A DNA stretch of 64,000 nt from Felis catus (Eukaryota). The stretch covers positions 198,526,001 to 198,590,000 of the forward strand of contig NC_058368.1 of the NCBI RefSeq assembly GCF_018350175.1, read 5' to 3'. This document shows positions 49,827 through 63,099 of the stretch, piece after piece; position 1 is the first letter of the stretch; every line of letters begins with the position of its first letter. The position numbers were made by a program, and so were the translations under genes. The notes below the pieces were generated by a model, which was not told where the DNA came from, did not search any database, and saw nothing but the letters and a program-made list of their open reading frames with translations.

Positions 49827-50784
49827 AACAGAAAAAAAAAAAATCCCACATGTATTTTTAAAAAATTTTTCTTTGAAACATGGCAGAAGACCAACTTGTA
49901 TCTTGCTATGCGTTGGATTTAATTCTTATCTAGTTGTTTGGTAACTTCAGAAGCATTTTAAATTATTATCACAGAATGATTAATATAATTTAAAAAATTA
50001 ACCAAGTGGCAACTCAGCATGTATGTCTGTAAACACCTAATACTACAATAAAAGCAGTAGCCTCCTGGGCAAAATATAGTTGTGACTCAAATCCAAGAGA
50101 CACCCCCACTCTGTATCTACCCCCCAATTCCATGGATAGTGATCCAGGAGGCCAGTTTTTTTCTTGACTGGTAAGGAGACCACATGGAGGAAGAAGCAGA
50201 GAAGAACTATACTTGCCCGGTGTCTGGTCCATCAGGCTCAGAGCCAACTCACAAGCATGTTTAGACACAATCTTGGCCCACAGAGAGCAGAAAGGAAGTT
50301 GACAGAGGACACCCTCCTCCTGGTTATGGATTCAAAACAAGACCTAGTATAAGAATTAAGCTAAAGTAGGTTTTCCCAACCTCTAGAATAGTATTTCTTA
50401 TGATCACAGTCTTTTTTTAAATTATAGGACAGATTTTATCACCTAAAACTTCTTCGCCTCTTATAGTAAACATGCCGTGAAACAGATCTCATCAAGTGGC
50501 CTTGGTGCTAAAGGGATTCAAATCAATTTGTGTTGGTTGTCCTTTAGTCACTGCCGGCATCTAGAAAAGTATCAACATTTTATGAAGTTTATTTTTTCAG
50601 TTGTGTTATGAAACTGAAACTTAATACCACTGTACCAGAATACATTGTTCCTTGTCTTGGGGCTTAGGCTTTGTGTTCCCAAGTGCATTACATCAAGCAG
50701 TGGGATGGTCAAGCCTGGTTCTAAACAAGAGGAAGCCAGAAAAGGAATAGTACACCCATAAGATGACTTGGGTGATTATGGGGT

Positions 50785-50995
50785 GCTAGTGCTGCTCTGA
50801 GTGTTTTACATGGATGATGTCACCTATTTCTCACAATCACTCACCGTGAGGTGAGTGCTATTATTATCCTCATTCTACGGATGAAGAACCTGAGAGACGA
50901 GATGGTAAGGAATTTGCCCAGGGCCACATAGCTATAAGTGATAGAATTGAACTTCTACCCCTGGTAGTCTGACTCCAAAGCCCAGTCTCTTAATT
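50785..50995 (-). mobile_element. MIR
   Basis: tattattatcctcattctacggatgaagaacctgagag...ttgcccagggccacatagcta...gtctgactccaaagccc. Confidence 0.85.
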
Positions 50996-51799
50996 GCTCT
51001 TCTGTTTTCAACAATGTAAATACTTCATACAAATGTCATATTTTAGGCCTGTCAAGGTCAAGATCACAGACATTGGATTGGATGGGTCCACTTGAGTGGG
51101 AAAAGGACCCCAGGGTGGCAAGGTGTGGGTTGAGCACATGCCACCTTGACCCCAGGTTTCCCCAGATTGTTTTCTTTGGGGGGGGAACCCCTCACCCTCC
51201 CTTTGACACTTAATCTCCTCTACTCCCTGGCACTACACACCCTACTCGCTTTGCAAAGGGCAACCGCAGTGGCTGCAACAAAAACTATTACCAGAGACTA
51301 GGAAAGAGAAGGGAGGGGCCCAGAACAACAGCAGTAGCTGCAGACGCACCTCACCTTGAGAGGTTACACAATAGTCCCTAGTGTCTGGGCCCTGGATAGA
51401 CACGGGGGAGTAAGGTTTCCTGGCTCAAGGCAGGGGGCCGAGATGGATAGATAGCAGCATTAATTAGACCATTATATAAAACATCACCTTTCTTAAGGCC
51501 ACACTCTCTCCTTTATAACCTTTACAAATCCCAGCATGTTTGCACATTGCGTCCATGAATATAAACAAGAAACACAAGTCAATCCCAGGGGGACTAGTCT
51601 CCCAGCCTGAGTGAACCAAATTGTTTTCTCACCCAGAGAGCAGCATGGTGTTCTTACAGGCAGCAGAGTGTTCCTTGGGTCTTTCATACCCACTGGGCTT
51701 CTGTGCTCATTGTACCCCAGCTAGTGCAGCTTTCCTGCACAGCCTTGCTTTGAGCCCTTCCGATTTGTCCCACCCACACCTCAAATGATTCCACTTATT

Positions 51800-52110
51800 G
51801 ATTTGTTTGTTTGTTTGCTTATGTATAATGTTATTATGTAGAATAGTTTTAGGTTCAGAACACAACTGAGCAGGAAATACAGAGTTGGCATATACCCCTC
51901 GCTCTGCCCCGACAGCACACACAGCCTGCCTCATTACCCATGACCCCACCAGAGAGGTACATTTGTTACAACGAATGAACCTGAGCTGATACATCATAAT
52001 GACCCAAAGGCCCTAGATTACATTAGGGTTCACTCTTGGGTTTGGTACATTCCTGGATGAGTTTTGACAAATGTACCATGACATGTATCTGCCGCAATAG
52101 TCTCATTCTA
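51800..52110 (-). mobile_element. L1MC/MD-like 3' end
   Basis: agaatagttttaggttca...ccccaccagagaggtacatttgttacaa...tacattagggttcactcttgg. Confidence 0.8.
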
Positions 52111-52348
52111 TTATTTATTTTTAAAGTATATTATGTATCTCCCTTGTTCCTGAGGGGCCCAACCTGCTTTTTTTGATAATTCAGAGATGGTCGCATTGTT
52201 TCTGGAAGGCTGGTAGAGTGATTCTTGATCCTCACTGTGAATTCACTACCAAGGCTTTTTGCATTTGGTCTGACAGTGAGTGACAGCAGAGAAGGCTGGG
52301 GCTCTGAGGTACTCCTCAGGCAGCCAGTCCACGAGCCAGAATCCTGCA

Positions 52349-52362
52349 GTTGTCTTGGCAAC
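52349..52362. promoter_or_regulatory. Candidate RFX X-box
   Basis: GTTGTCTTGGCAAC, 12/14 match to the palindrome GTTGCCATGGCAAC; overlapping E-box CAGCTG. Confidence 0.35.
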
Positions 52363-54413
52363 AGCTGAAGATTCCTGTCCTGGGCTGAAAAGCGGGATGC
52401 CTCTTCATTTGTGAAAAGTCTATTTTACACTCTCAATCTGCCTGGGGCATAAATATGCCAGGAATGGAACCCTCGGGATTGGATTTCCTTTTTCTGATTT
52501 CGAAACAGAGGGGGAAATATCCACAGTAGGAAGTGAACAGGAGGGCTGCACGCATCTCATACTGGGTATCAGGTCCAAATAGTCCAACATAGCCAGAATA
52601 TAAGCTGGGCAAAGTCAAGCTTGCACATAACTTTATTTTAGATGCAGCAACTTTTGTAGACCATTACAGATAGAAAGCAGTGGCAATCACTTTGCAGTGA
52701 CTCTGCCATCACTTGTATTTTTAGACCCTAACACAGAGAATTTTGAAAGAGAAAAAAAGTTTAATAACTGTAAGTGACTACATATTTGATTATGTCTAAT
52801 ATATCTGAACTACTATTTAAAGAGCTCAGAGCACTTTCCAAATGTGGGCTTGTTCTAGTCTAAAACACTTAGGAAGTCCATCAGCCTTGAATTAGGCAAT
52901 AGACATTCTCTCCGTTTCTGGTTTCTTCTCTAATTGATGCTTCCGTTTGAGCTCAAAGAGTTGCAATTTCCTTGATTGTCTTTCCTTCAAAATTCCCCAG
53001 ACCATTGCTTATTCCAAAGCCCAAATGTCTGCCTATCCCAGTTGTAGGTATGTAAATAATATTTAATCTTTCTTCCTTCCTTTGAAGAACGAATTATGTA
53101 GTCTTTAACAAACATCCGCCAGATTTTATTTTAGAACTGGAAGGATAACCGGATTTCCTGAAACAACAAGATTCACGTATTTCTACTCTCCTGTAACTTA
53201 AAAATCACGAGAGGTGGCCACCCACCCAAGTGGTTATATGCACCTGGGCAAGAACAGTTTGGGCAACAGCCAGACAAAAGAGAGTGTTTGGTACTAAGTA
53301 GATCCAAGAGGCTCCCCCAAGTCTAACATCCTTATCGGGAGGTCAGACCTGCTCCTGCCAATCCTTTGGTATAAAGGGAAGCAAAGCATAAAGACTACAG
53401 AGCAGATTTTATGCTTTTCCTCCCTTCCCCTAGCAGAGGATGTCAGGGGCCCTGGCACTGTGAGGAATATCATCAGAAGTGCCCCCTTGGCAGCGACAAA
53501 GGGCTGTGTTGGAACAGGTTAGTTCCCAGAGAGATCTGCTTACTGGCCTCACACCCCCCATCCTGGTCTGAGATAAGGAAACTTGTTATCTGTTATCTTT
53601 TGAGATTCCATACACAATAGATGCTCGAGAAAGGATTCAGGGCCATGAAGGATCCTCCATCGGGGAAAGAACAGAGAAAACCTGGTTTTTGCCTTTAAGA
53701 AGCTTCCAAAATGGTTGTGGCATATTTGTCTTCCAACCAACACACCATGCTTGGAGTACAGACAACTAGCTCTTAGGAGGGAGGTTTGACTAACTCTGGG
53801 GAAGGGGCAGGGAAAAGCCTCACAGAGACAATATTCAAGCTGAGATCTGAAGGAACAGTAGAGATTGGCCAGGTTGAAAATAAGGACATTCTACCCAAAA
53901 GGAACAGACCTGGCAGAGTCACGGAGCCTTTGGGATATTCCGTAGGGAATATCAGCTATCAAGCTGTTACTAGGGTAGGAATTTTGTTATTGATTGGGCT
54001 AGAGAGGTAAGATTCCGCTAAACTGGAAAGGCTTTGAATGCTCTACAGTTAGGATGAAAAACTCAAATGCCTTCAAATCAGGCAGAAAATAAAGTGGTGA
54101 TATTGTATAACACATAGCAAACATGAGTACTGCTTAAGAGCAATGAGTTTAGATCTAAGCACACCAATCCACTCAATCAAAGTACCTAGGTAGACAGTAA
54201 AGTTTGCTTCCTTGGCTGTTCACATGAGGGTACAGGCCTCAGGAGAAATGGAAACCCCATTTTTAGGATACAGGTCAGTAAGAGATACCATCTCTAAGCT
54301 AACAAGAACACACGTGAATAGTGGAAGTCATTTAGACAGCAAACATGGCTGATGCTGAAACTGGGAGGCAGCTAGATGACCAAAAGCTTAACTACTTTCA
54401 GATTTTATAAAGT

Positions 54414-54538
54414 GCAGCACCTGGCGGGCTCAGTTGGGGGAGCAGGTGGTTCTTGATCTTGGAGTTGTGAGTTCGAGCCGCACATTGGGTGTAGAGATTA
54501 CTAAAATAAGTAAATAAAAACTTAAGAAAAAAAAAAGA
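54414..54538 (+). mobile_element. Short CAN-SINE
   Basis: ttcttgatcttggagttgtgagttcgagccgcacattgggtgtagagattact followed by an A tail. Confidence 0.88.
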
Positions 54539-55159
54539 ATCCCAGAAAGGAAAACCTCTTGTTTGTAATCATGAAACACCCCTTATGCATCATATGCAGG
54601 GGGCCAGTGTTCCCACCCCAAGCACCCCAAGGATGAGATCCCCCATCATGTTTATCAATAAACTTATTTCCCACCATGATAGCTTCTTCATCATCTATTT
54701 ATTAAGACCAAAAGTACAAATTAAGAAGCTTCTATTTGAGTTTTATTCTTTTTTCCTGAAACTAGATGCTGTATGTTCACATTTACACATGAATAAAACT
54801 TGCACATATATGCGAGAGATTTTTCCAGCTACCTACAATGCCTGCACAGGGTCCCTGAAAGGGCATTCACATGTCAGATGGCCAGAGGCCCAGGATTCAC
54901 ACTATGGTGAGACTTCAGTCCCCCTGAACACAGATTCTGTGAGTTTATGCATATGCACATGCGTCTGCAGAAGGCAGGAATGATGATGGGCCATCGTGTG
55001 TCCTCCTCTGTGTTTAGCACAGTACAAGCCCCCCACATCTGCTGAGCTGGCCAGGCCACAGCGTCCCAGGCCTAGCCGGACCTGACACCTTGCCGGCTTG
55101 TCAAGTGCATTCCTGTGAGAGCGGGTGCCCTGGGTATTTTTGACTTGACTATAAACTCC

Positions 55160-55369
55160 TTTTATTTTTGTTAAAGTTTATTTTTATTTATTTTCAGAGA
55201 GAGAGATAGAGAGCAAGACAGGGGAGGGGCAGAGAGAGAGGGAGACAATCCCAAGCAGGCTCTCCACTGCCAGTACAGAGCCTGATGTGGGGCTCAAACT
55301 CATGAACCGTGAGATCATGACCTGAGCTGAAGAGTCGATGCTTAACCGACTGAGCCACCCAGGTGCCCC
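55160..55369 (-). mobile_element. CAN-SINE
   Basis: TSD ttgactataaact / ttgattataaact. Confidence 0.95.
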
Positions 55370-56673
55370 TTGATTATAAACTTTTTAATGCCACCTAGGA
55401 GGAGGAAAAAGGATGAAGAGCTTACTGTGAGCATCACTAGTAACTGTGCAAGGTGTTTTATGTACTTACACCTATTCCTCACAATCTTACAATATAGTTA
55501 TTTTTTTTCCATTTCATGAGGGTGGAAATTGAGGTTCAGGTAGCTTCCCCAACATCACAAACTATTGTGCTTTTGGTGGTCTGACCCCAAAAACCCAAAA
55601 TCTGAACTCAAGAGGGAAAAAAAATTCCCTATTGAGAAGGAAAAGTATTGACCTGACCTACCTGATAAATGCTGCTCAGTGGAAATTCTCAGGCTGACCA
55701 CTTTTTCTTTCCCCTTTCCTTTATTCTTTTTTTCCTTTCTTTCTTTTTTTTCTTTCTCTTCTTTCCTCCCCCCCCCCACCCCCCACAAATAAGGCTCTTA
55801 CAACAAATAAGGCTCTTGTTGGTAACTGAACAAATCATGTTACAAACCTCTGATAAAATCAGATTTCTGAACCTGCAAAATGAGGTGTGAAGGAAAGAAT
55901 GATTACCTTGCCCTGTGATGACCCTGCCAGGACACATCCTTCCTGTGTGGCACAGCCCCAAACACATGGTCACCCGTACCTGTGTAAGCACATTCACAAA
56001 CCTCAAAAGGCAACTTCAGAAAGATCTCTTTGAAACCTCTTCTCTATTCTTAGGAGCAGCTTTCGAAGGGCCGTCCCGAACTTATTCCTATCCTGCTTCT
56101 CAGCAGAGTTCACTGAGGGTCATCCTGCCAGGGCACATCTGTCATCCAGGTAACAACTGGAACGGAGAGCAGGTTTCTCAGGACTCCATTAGCATTTCTT
56201 CCTTCTAACCCATAATTGCATGTCAGCACGGTAAGAATGTGCTCAGAGTGAGCCTACAAGTGTGGTAAGATTCTGAGCAGCACCAAGTGGCACTTTATTG
56301 GCAAGAAAATCCCAAGCTAATTGGAGAGAAATAAACGAAAGCTTCTCAATTAGCCAGAGAAGGAGATAGAATAGTCAATAAGGGAAATTGCAAATATGGA
56401 TAAATTTAGGCAACAGACTTGTAATAAAAGGAAGACTAATGAAACAACCAGATAACAGATAGATTTATTTAATGCCTTTTCATTGTTTATGGACTTCTGT
56501 CCCACAATACTTGATGGACTAGGGATGCAGGAAGCAGGCAAGAAAGAACAAATCTATCAGAAAGAGGGTTTTAAATGAGTCCTCCCATCCCCCACTTTGT
56601 TTGTTTGTTTGTTTAGTAACACCTGACCTTTTAGAGAGGGAGACTCTTAAATTCTGCAGCAAAACAAAAGACA

Positions 56674-56708
<35 letters not shown>
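56674..56708. repeat. (CAA)n microsatellite
   Basis: Directly visible. Confidence 0.92.
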
Positions 56709-57142
56709 TGAGAGACAGAGACAGAGAAAGAAACAGGGACACGCAACCATACTAAGAGACCTGGTTGGAGACGTCAGCAGGTCTATCACTCCAAGTTCTA
56801 TGTCTTCCTCAAACCCACGTCAGAAGAGGTCTATCAAATACATCACTACCCAGGGGTTAAGAATAACATACATTCTATTTGACATGGAAGGATGTTTATG
56901 ATATTGAGTAAAAAGGGTGGTTATACATTTTTTAAGTTTTTATTTTAATTCCAGTTAGTTAACATACAGCGTTATATTAGTTTCAGGTGTACGATATGGT
57001 AATTTAACACTTTCATACAACACCCGGTGTTCATCACAAGTGTCCTCCTTCATCCCCATCACCTATTTAACCCATCCCCCACCCACCTCCCTTCTGGTAA
57101 CCATCAGTTTGTTCTCTGTAATTAAGAGTTTGTTTCTTGGTT

Positions 57143-57203
<61 letters not shown>

Positions 57204-57471
57204 TTGCTCATTTGCTGTGTTTCTTAAATTCCACATATGACTGAAATCATGTAGTATTTGTCTTTCTCTGACTGACTTATTTCATTTAGCATAATAGTCT
57301 CTAGCTCCATCTATGTCGTTGCAAATGGAAAGATTTCATTCCTTTCTATGGCTAATATCACTTCTTCTTTATCCATTCATCAGTCCACATACACTTTGGC
57401 CACTTCCATAATTTGGTTATTGTAGATAATGCTTTTATACACATTGGGGTGCAAGTATCCTTTTGAATTAG

Positions 57472-57671
57472 TTTTTTAAAATTTATTTATTTTGAGGGAG
57501 AGAGAGAAAACAGGAGAGGGGCAGAGACAGAAGGAGAGAGAGAATCCCAAGCAGGCTCCACACTATCAGTGTGGAGCCCAATGTGGGGCTCAAACACACG
57601 CACCGTGAGATCATGACCTGAACTGAAATCAAGAGTCTGACGCCTAACTGACTGATCCACCCAGGTGCCCC
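57472..57671 (-). mobile_element. CAN-SINE
   Basis: Reverse-complement SINE flanked by aattagttttt / aattagcatttt. Confidence 0.93.
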
Positions 57672-57697
57672 AAATTAGCATTTTTAAAGATTTTATT

Positions 57698-57918
57698 TTA
57701 TTATTTAAAAAAAATTGTGTTTATTTCTGAAGGAGAGAGAGGGAGATAGAGTGTGAGAGGGGGAGGGGCAGAGACAGAGAGGGAGACACAGAATCTGAAG
57801 CAGGCTCCAGGCTCTGAGCTGTGAGCACAGAGCCCAATGCAGGGCTTGAACTCATGTGCTGTGAGATCATGACCTGAACTGAAGTTGGATGCTTAACCGA
57901 CTGAGCCACCCAGGCGCC
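57698..57918 (-). mobile_element. CAN-SINE nested in the tail of a short SINE
   Basis: TSD aagattttatttt on both sides. Confidence 0.93.
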
Positions 57919-57920
57919 AT

Positions 57921-58024
57921 AAGATTTTATTTTTATGTAATCTCTACTTGGAATGTGGGGCTCGAACTCACAACCCCAAGGTCAACAGTTGCACACTGTA
58001 CCAGCTGAGCCTGTCAGGCACCCC
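57921..58024 (-). mobile_element. Short CAN-SINE
   Basis: taatctctac...gtggggctcgaactcacaacccc...caggcacccc. Confidence 0.88.
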
Positions 58025-58154
58025 TGAATTAGTATTTTTGTATTCTTTGGATAAATACCTACTAGCACAAGTGCTGGGTCATCAGGTAGTTCTATTTTTA
58101 GCTTTTTGAGGAATCTCCATAAAGGTAGGTGATAAATTGGTATCATTCTATATT

Positions 58155-58790
58155 AATATATTTTATTGTGGTAAAATATTCATAGCATAAAATTTAACAT
58201 TTGAGCCATTTTTAAGTGTGCAAGTCAGTGACATTAAATAAATTCATATTTTTGTGCAACCATCACCATTATCCACCTCCAGAAATTTTTCGTCATTCCA
58301 AATTCTATACCCATTTAAACAATGACACCCCTTTATGTCCTTCCGCAGTCTCTGGTTACCATTATTCCACTTTCCGTCCCTATGAATTTGACTATTGTAG
58401 GTACCTTGTATGAGTGGAATCATACAATATTTGTTTTTTTGCATTTGGATTATTTCACTTAGCGTAATGTCTTCAAGTTTCATCTGTGTTATTGCATTAT
58501 CAGAATCTCAATTCCTTTTTAAGTCTGAGTAATTTTCCATTGTATGTATAGTCCACATTTTGCTCATCCATTCATACATCAGTGGACACTTGGGTTGTTT
58601 CCACTTTTTAGCTATTGTAAATAATGCAGCTTTGAACATGGGTATACAAATCCATTTGAGTCCCTGCCTTTAATTCCTTTGGTTATAACCCTAGAAGAGG
58701 AATTGTTGGATCATAGGGTAATTCTATTTAATTTTTTGAGGAAATGCCATACTGTTTTCCATAGCCACTTCTATATTCACATTGTATAAC
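58155..58790 (-). mobile_element. L1MB-like 3' end
   Basis: ttttattgtggtaaaatattcatagcataaaatt...; minus-strand peptide MKLEDITLSEIIQMQKNKYCMIPL. Confidence 0.85.
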
Positions 58791-58889
58791 TATTTGTAAA
58801 TCACAGAAAAAGAGAGACAAAGATTACATACCAAAATGTTAGCAGTGATTTCTGGGTTGTGAAATTATGGATTAATTTCCCCTAAGTAT

Positions 58890-59470
58890 TATTTATGTAT
58901 TGATAAATAACAAATTTTCCTAAAACTTAGCTCTAGAAACTATAAACACTGATTATCTTTTTCAGTTTCTGAAGGCCAGGAATCAGGAGGGGCTGAGCTG
59001 GTTGGATCTCACTCAGGATCTCCAGGGATGTCATGGTGAAGGTGGCACAGCGAGGGCTGCAGTCTCTGAAAACTGGACTGGGGCTTGGGGATTCTCTTCC
59101 AAGTCTCACTCCTACCTATGGCTGTTGGCAAGAGGCTCTGGCTCTTCGCTACACAAGCTTCTCCATAAAACTGATTGTGACATGGCTTCCCCCAGAACCA
59201 GTGATGAGACAGGTGCCTGGTTAGCTCAGCAGGTTGAGCATCCAACTTTGGCTCAGGTCATGATCTCATGGTTTGTGAGTTCAAGTCCTGCATTGGACTC
59301 AGTGCTGACAGTGTGGAGCCTGCTTGGGATTCTCTCTCCCTCTCTCTGCCTCTCCCCTGCTTGTGCATGTGAACGCGCACACACATGCACGTGCTGTTTC
59401 TCTCAAAATAAATAAATTAAAAAAAGAAGAGTGTGAATATCTGGAGGTGCGGCCTTCTTGCTGGCCACCA
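58890..59470 (-). mobile_element. MLT1-type LTR fragment interrupted by a SINE
   Basis: tcagtttctgaaggccaggaatcagg...gggctgcagtctctgaaaactggactggggc...gtgacatggcttcccccaga. Confidence 0.65.
59211..59428 (+). mobile_element. CAN-SINE
   Basis: SINE head and body plus A tail. Confidence 0.93.
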
Positions 59471-59489
59471 TATCCCAATGATCTGTATT

Positions 59490-60382
59490 TTCTTCCTCTA
59501 CCCCAACTTTATTGAGATTATAGTTGACATATAATGTTGTATGGGTTTAAGGTATACAACATGTTGATTTGATACATTTACGTATTGCAAAAATGCCATA
59601 CAAAGCCATAACTAACACGTCCATCTTGTCCCATAATTACTATTTTTTATTGTAGTGAGGACATTTAAGATCCCCTCTTAGCAGCATTCAAGTATATGAA
59701 ACAGTATTATAGTTAAAATTACCATGTTGGACATTAGATCCCCAGAATTTATTTAATCTTTTAACTAGAAATTATTACCCTTTGACCAATATCTCCCCCT
59801 GTCCTTTACCTGCCCGGTCCCTGATAACAACCATTTACTTTCTTTCTCTAAGTTCTGCCTTTTTAGTTTCCACGTGTGAGTGATATCATACAGTTTTTGT
59901 CTTTCTCTTACTTCACTTAACCTAATGCCCTCAAGGTTCATCCAAGTTGCTGTCAATGGCAGAATTTCCTTCTTTCTCATGGCTGAATAATACTCGACTG
60001 TGTGCTTAAATATAAATAAACCGTCTTTATCCATTTATCTGTTACAGCCACTTAGGTTGTGTCCATTATCTTAGCTATCAGGAATAATGCCGCAACGAAC
60101 ATGGGAGTGCAAATATCTCTTCAAGAATAGTGATCTTCATCACCCAGAAATGAGATTGCTAGATCATATAGTAGTTCTAGTTTTAATATTTTGAGGAACC
60201 TCCATAGTGGCTCCACCAATGTGCATTTCCAGTGTTCCCTTTTCTCCACATCCTCGCCAATGCTTGTTACTTCTTGTCTTTTTTGATGATAGCCATTCTG
60301 ACAGGTATGAGGTGATATCTCATTGTGGTTTTGATTTGCATTGCCTGGCTGATTAGTAATGTCAAGACCTTTTCATGTATTT
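59490..60382 (-). mobile_element. L1MA-like 3' end
   Basis: Minus-strand peptide EYYSAMRKKEILPLTATWMNLEGIRLSE; tagccattctgacaggtatgaggtgatatctcattgtgg. Confidence 0.88.
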
Positions 60383-61134
60383 TCAACTTTAATTAAAATT
60401 CGTATCTGTGTGACATAAAAGACATACAGGAAAATGCCTATAGCCTATAAAACATGCCCAAGCAATAAAGGACAAAAGGACCAGTAAAAATATCAGGATT
60501 TATTCAACTACTGTCTGACTTCAGAAAGGGCAGACTGGTTAGAAAATGTTTTCGTTGAGGGACGTTTTACTACCGTCACTTAGCTGGGTTTTGCTCTGTC
60601 TTCAGTGTTCAGCTTGAAACAGAAGCCCCAGATATCTGATGATCTTGGAGGTCCCACAACGATTCCACAGCAGTGGTGAGCACACAGAATCCAGGAGGCT
60701 CCAGTGGGAGCTGGAGATAAACCTTCAAAGCATTTCTGGAGTAGCCTGCTGCCATGGTTTCCATCTTCAGTTGATCCTTTGTTGAGGACTGAAATTGGAC
60801 AGTATTACTAAAGGAATAGGGCTAATGTTTTGTCTATAAAATGTACCTGTCTCTGGAAGAGGTAACACATCACCATTTTATTGCTCACAATTTAAAGATA
60901 TTTAAAGACTTCTTTCAAAGTTTTAAATTACAAAACATTCATTGTAGAATGTATACAAACAAAAGTATGAAGCGAAAAATTAATCACCTGATTCTGGTAA
61001 CTAGCAATAAATAGAGTGGTTGGGCTTTGGAGTTGGGTAAGCTTGGAAGCGAACTCTGGCTCTGACACTGATTGGCTATGCAATGTGGGGGGCGTTCAGA
61101 GCATCTAGGAGTCAGTTTCTTCATCTGAAAAATG

Positions 61135-61602
61135 TGTATACATTCATAATATCCCCAAACTGGAAAGAAACTAAATGTCCGTTATCTGGTGAACGGATAT
61201 ATGAGAGGTGCTGTGTCCATACAAAGGAAGATTTATTCAGCAAAAACTATCGACGTGTTATGGCTTCAATGGAACTCCAAAATGTTACGCTAAGTGAAAG
61301 AAGTCAGATACAAAAGGCCCAAGGACTGCATGTTATATGATTCCATTCATATGAAATGTCCAGAAAAGGCACATTTATAGAGACAGAAAGGAGATTAGTA
61401 GTTGCCTGGGGCCAGAAATGGAAATGGGGACTAACTATAAATGGGCATGAGGAATCTTACTGTGGGAATAAATATGTTCTAAAACTGGATTATGGTGATG
61501 ATTGCACCACTCAGTAAAGTTACTAGAAATCACTGAATTGTGCACTTGAAATGGATAAATTCTATGATGTGTAAAATGTACTTCAATAAGCCTTTTTTTT
61601 TA
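61135..61602 (+). mobile_element. L1MB/ME-like 3' end within a MIR
   Basis: FIISPNWKETKCP peptide; atatgattccattcatatgaaatgtccagaaaaggca; MIR pieces at about 61015-61134 and 61720-61785. Confidence 0.8.
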
Positions 61603-61839
61603 AGGATGGGAGCTAGTCATCCCCCTTGTACTAGTCTGCACTAAAAAGTAAAAGCGTGAGTGGTAAGGGTTAGGGAAAGAAAGATAAAATCTCATCTTAT
61701 GTTTACTGTTTAAAAGAAGATATCTGTAGAGCGCTCAGTGCCGGGTCTGGCACACGTAGACGCTTGAGCAGTTGCCTGGTATTATAACGGCTAAATATCA
61801 GTAACTATAAACAGTTAAAGGAAATATGATAAAATGTAT

Positions 61840-62057
61840 TTTTCTTTTTTTTTAATTTATTTTTTGAGAGAGAGAGCACGCACGCGCATAGGCAGGAGAG
61901 GGACAGAGGGGGAGAGAGGGAGAGAATCTTAAGCAGGCTCCACACCCAGAACAGAGCCCGAGGCAGGGCCGGATCTACAACCAACCCTGAGATCAAGACC
62001 TGAGCCAAAATCAAGAGTTGGACAGATGCTTAGCTGACTGAGCCACCCAGGTGCCCC
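61840..62057 (-). mobile_element. CAN-SINE
   Basis: TSD-like aaaatgtattttt / aaagtgtattttt. Confidence 0.93.
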
Positions 62058-62247
62058 AAAGTGTATTTTTCATGTAAGTCAGGCAGTCTTGTATAAGTCC
62101 TATTTCTTGTCTTGACACCATTTATCAGCTTTTCTTAGGCATCCCATGATGACTTGGAGTATACCATATGGCTAAACATAATTTAAACATTTACTGATGG
62201 ATATTAGTTTTTTAAAGCTTGCTTTGTAAATAACTTTGTTGAACATC

Positions 62248-62266
62248 TTTTTCTTTTCTTTCCATT

Positions 62267-62311
<45 letters not shown>

Positions 62312-62851
62312 AATTCATATCCAAGTTAGTTAGCATATAGTGCAATGATGATTTCAGGAGTAGATTCCAGTGACTCATCCCCTATGTATAACACCCAAGG
62401 CCCATCACAAGTATCTTCCTTAATGCCCCTCACCCATTTAGCCCATCCCCCACCCACAACCCCTCCAGTGACCCTCAGTTCTCTGTATTTAAGATTCTCT
62501 TATGTTTTGTCCCCCTCCTTGTTTTTATAATACCCTCTAGTTCCATCCACTTTGTTGCAAATGGCAAGATTTCATTCTTTTTGATCGCCAAGTAATACTC
62601 CATTGTATATATAAACCACATCTTTTTTTATCCATTCATCTGTTGATGGACATTTAGGCTCTTTCCATACTTTGGCTATTGTTGATAGTGCTGCTATAAA
62701 CATGGGGGTGCATGTGTCCCTTCGAAACAGCATATCTGTATCCCTTGGATAAATACCTAGTAGTGCAATTACTGGGTGATAGGGTAGTTCTATTTTTAAT
62801 TTTTGAAGAAACTCCATACTGTTTTCCAGAGTGGCTATACCAGTTTGCATT
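62248..62851 (-). mobile_element. Carnivore L1 3' end with (TTTA)n tail and internal deletion near 62530
   Basis: Minus-strand peptide [60 protein letters not shown]. Confidence 0.93.
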
Positions 62852-62854
62852 TCT

Positions 62855-63083
62855 TTTTCTTTAATTCTTTCTTTTAATGTTTATTTATTTTTGAAAGAGA
62901 GAGAGAGAGAGAAACAGAGTGCGAGCAGGGGAGGGGCAGCAAGAGAAGGAGACACAGAATTCAAAACAGGCTCCAGGCTCTGAGCTGTCAGCACAGAGCC
63001 TGATGTGGGGCTGAACCCACAAATCACGAGATCATGACCTGAGCCAAAGTCAGACACAACCGACTGACCCACCCAGGCACCCC
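62855..63083 (-). mobile_element. CAN-SINE at the junction of two L1 pieces
   Basis: Reverse-complement SINE ending cccaggcacccc. Confidence 0.95.
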
Positions 63084-63099
63084 ATCTTTTTATTTATTT

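Larger units (their letters stand above)
56928..58120 (-). mobile_element. Carnivore L1 3' end interrupted by three SINEs; (CT)n at about 57149-57200
   Basis: ttccagttagttaacataca...caacacccggtg...ccatcagtttgttctct...ttgaggaatctccata antisense L1 3' end. Confidence 0.9.

Noticed and set aside
51470..51485. TATA-like tatataaaa, and tataaa near 53370
   Set aside because: No CpG island, initiator context or downstream exon to support a promoter.
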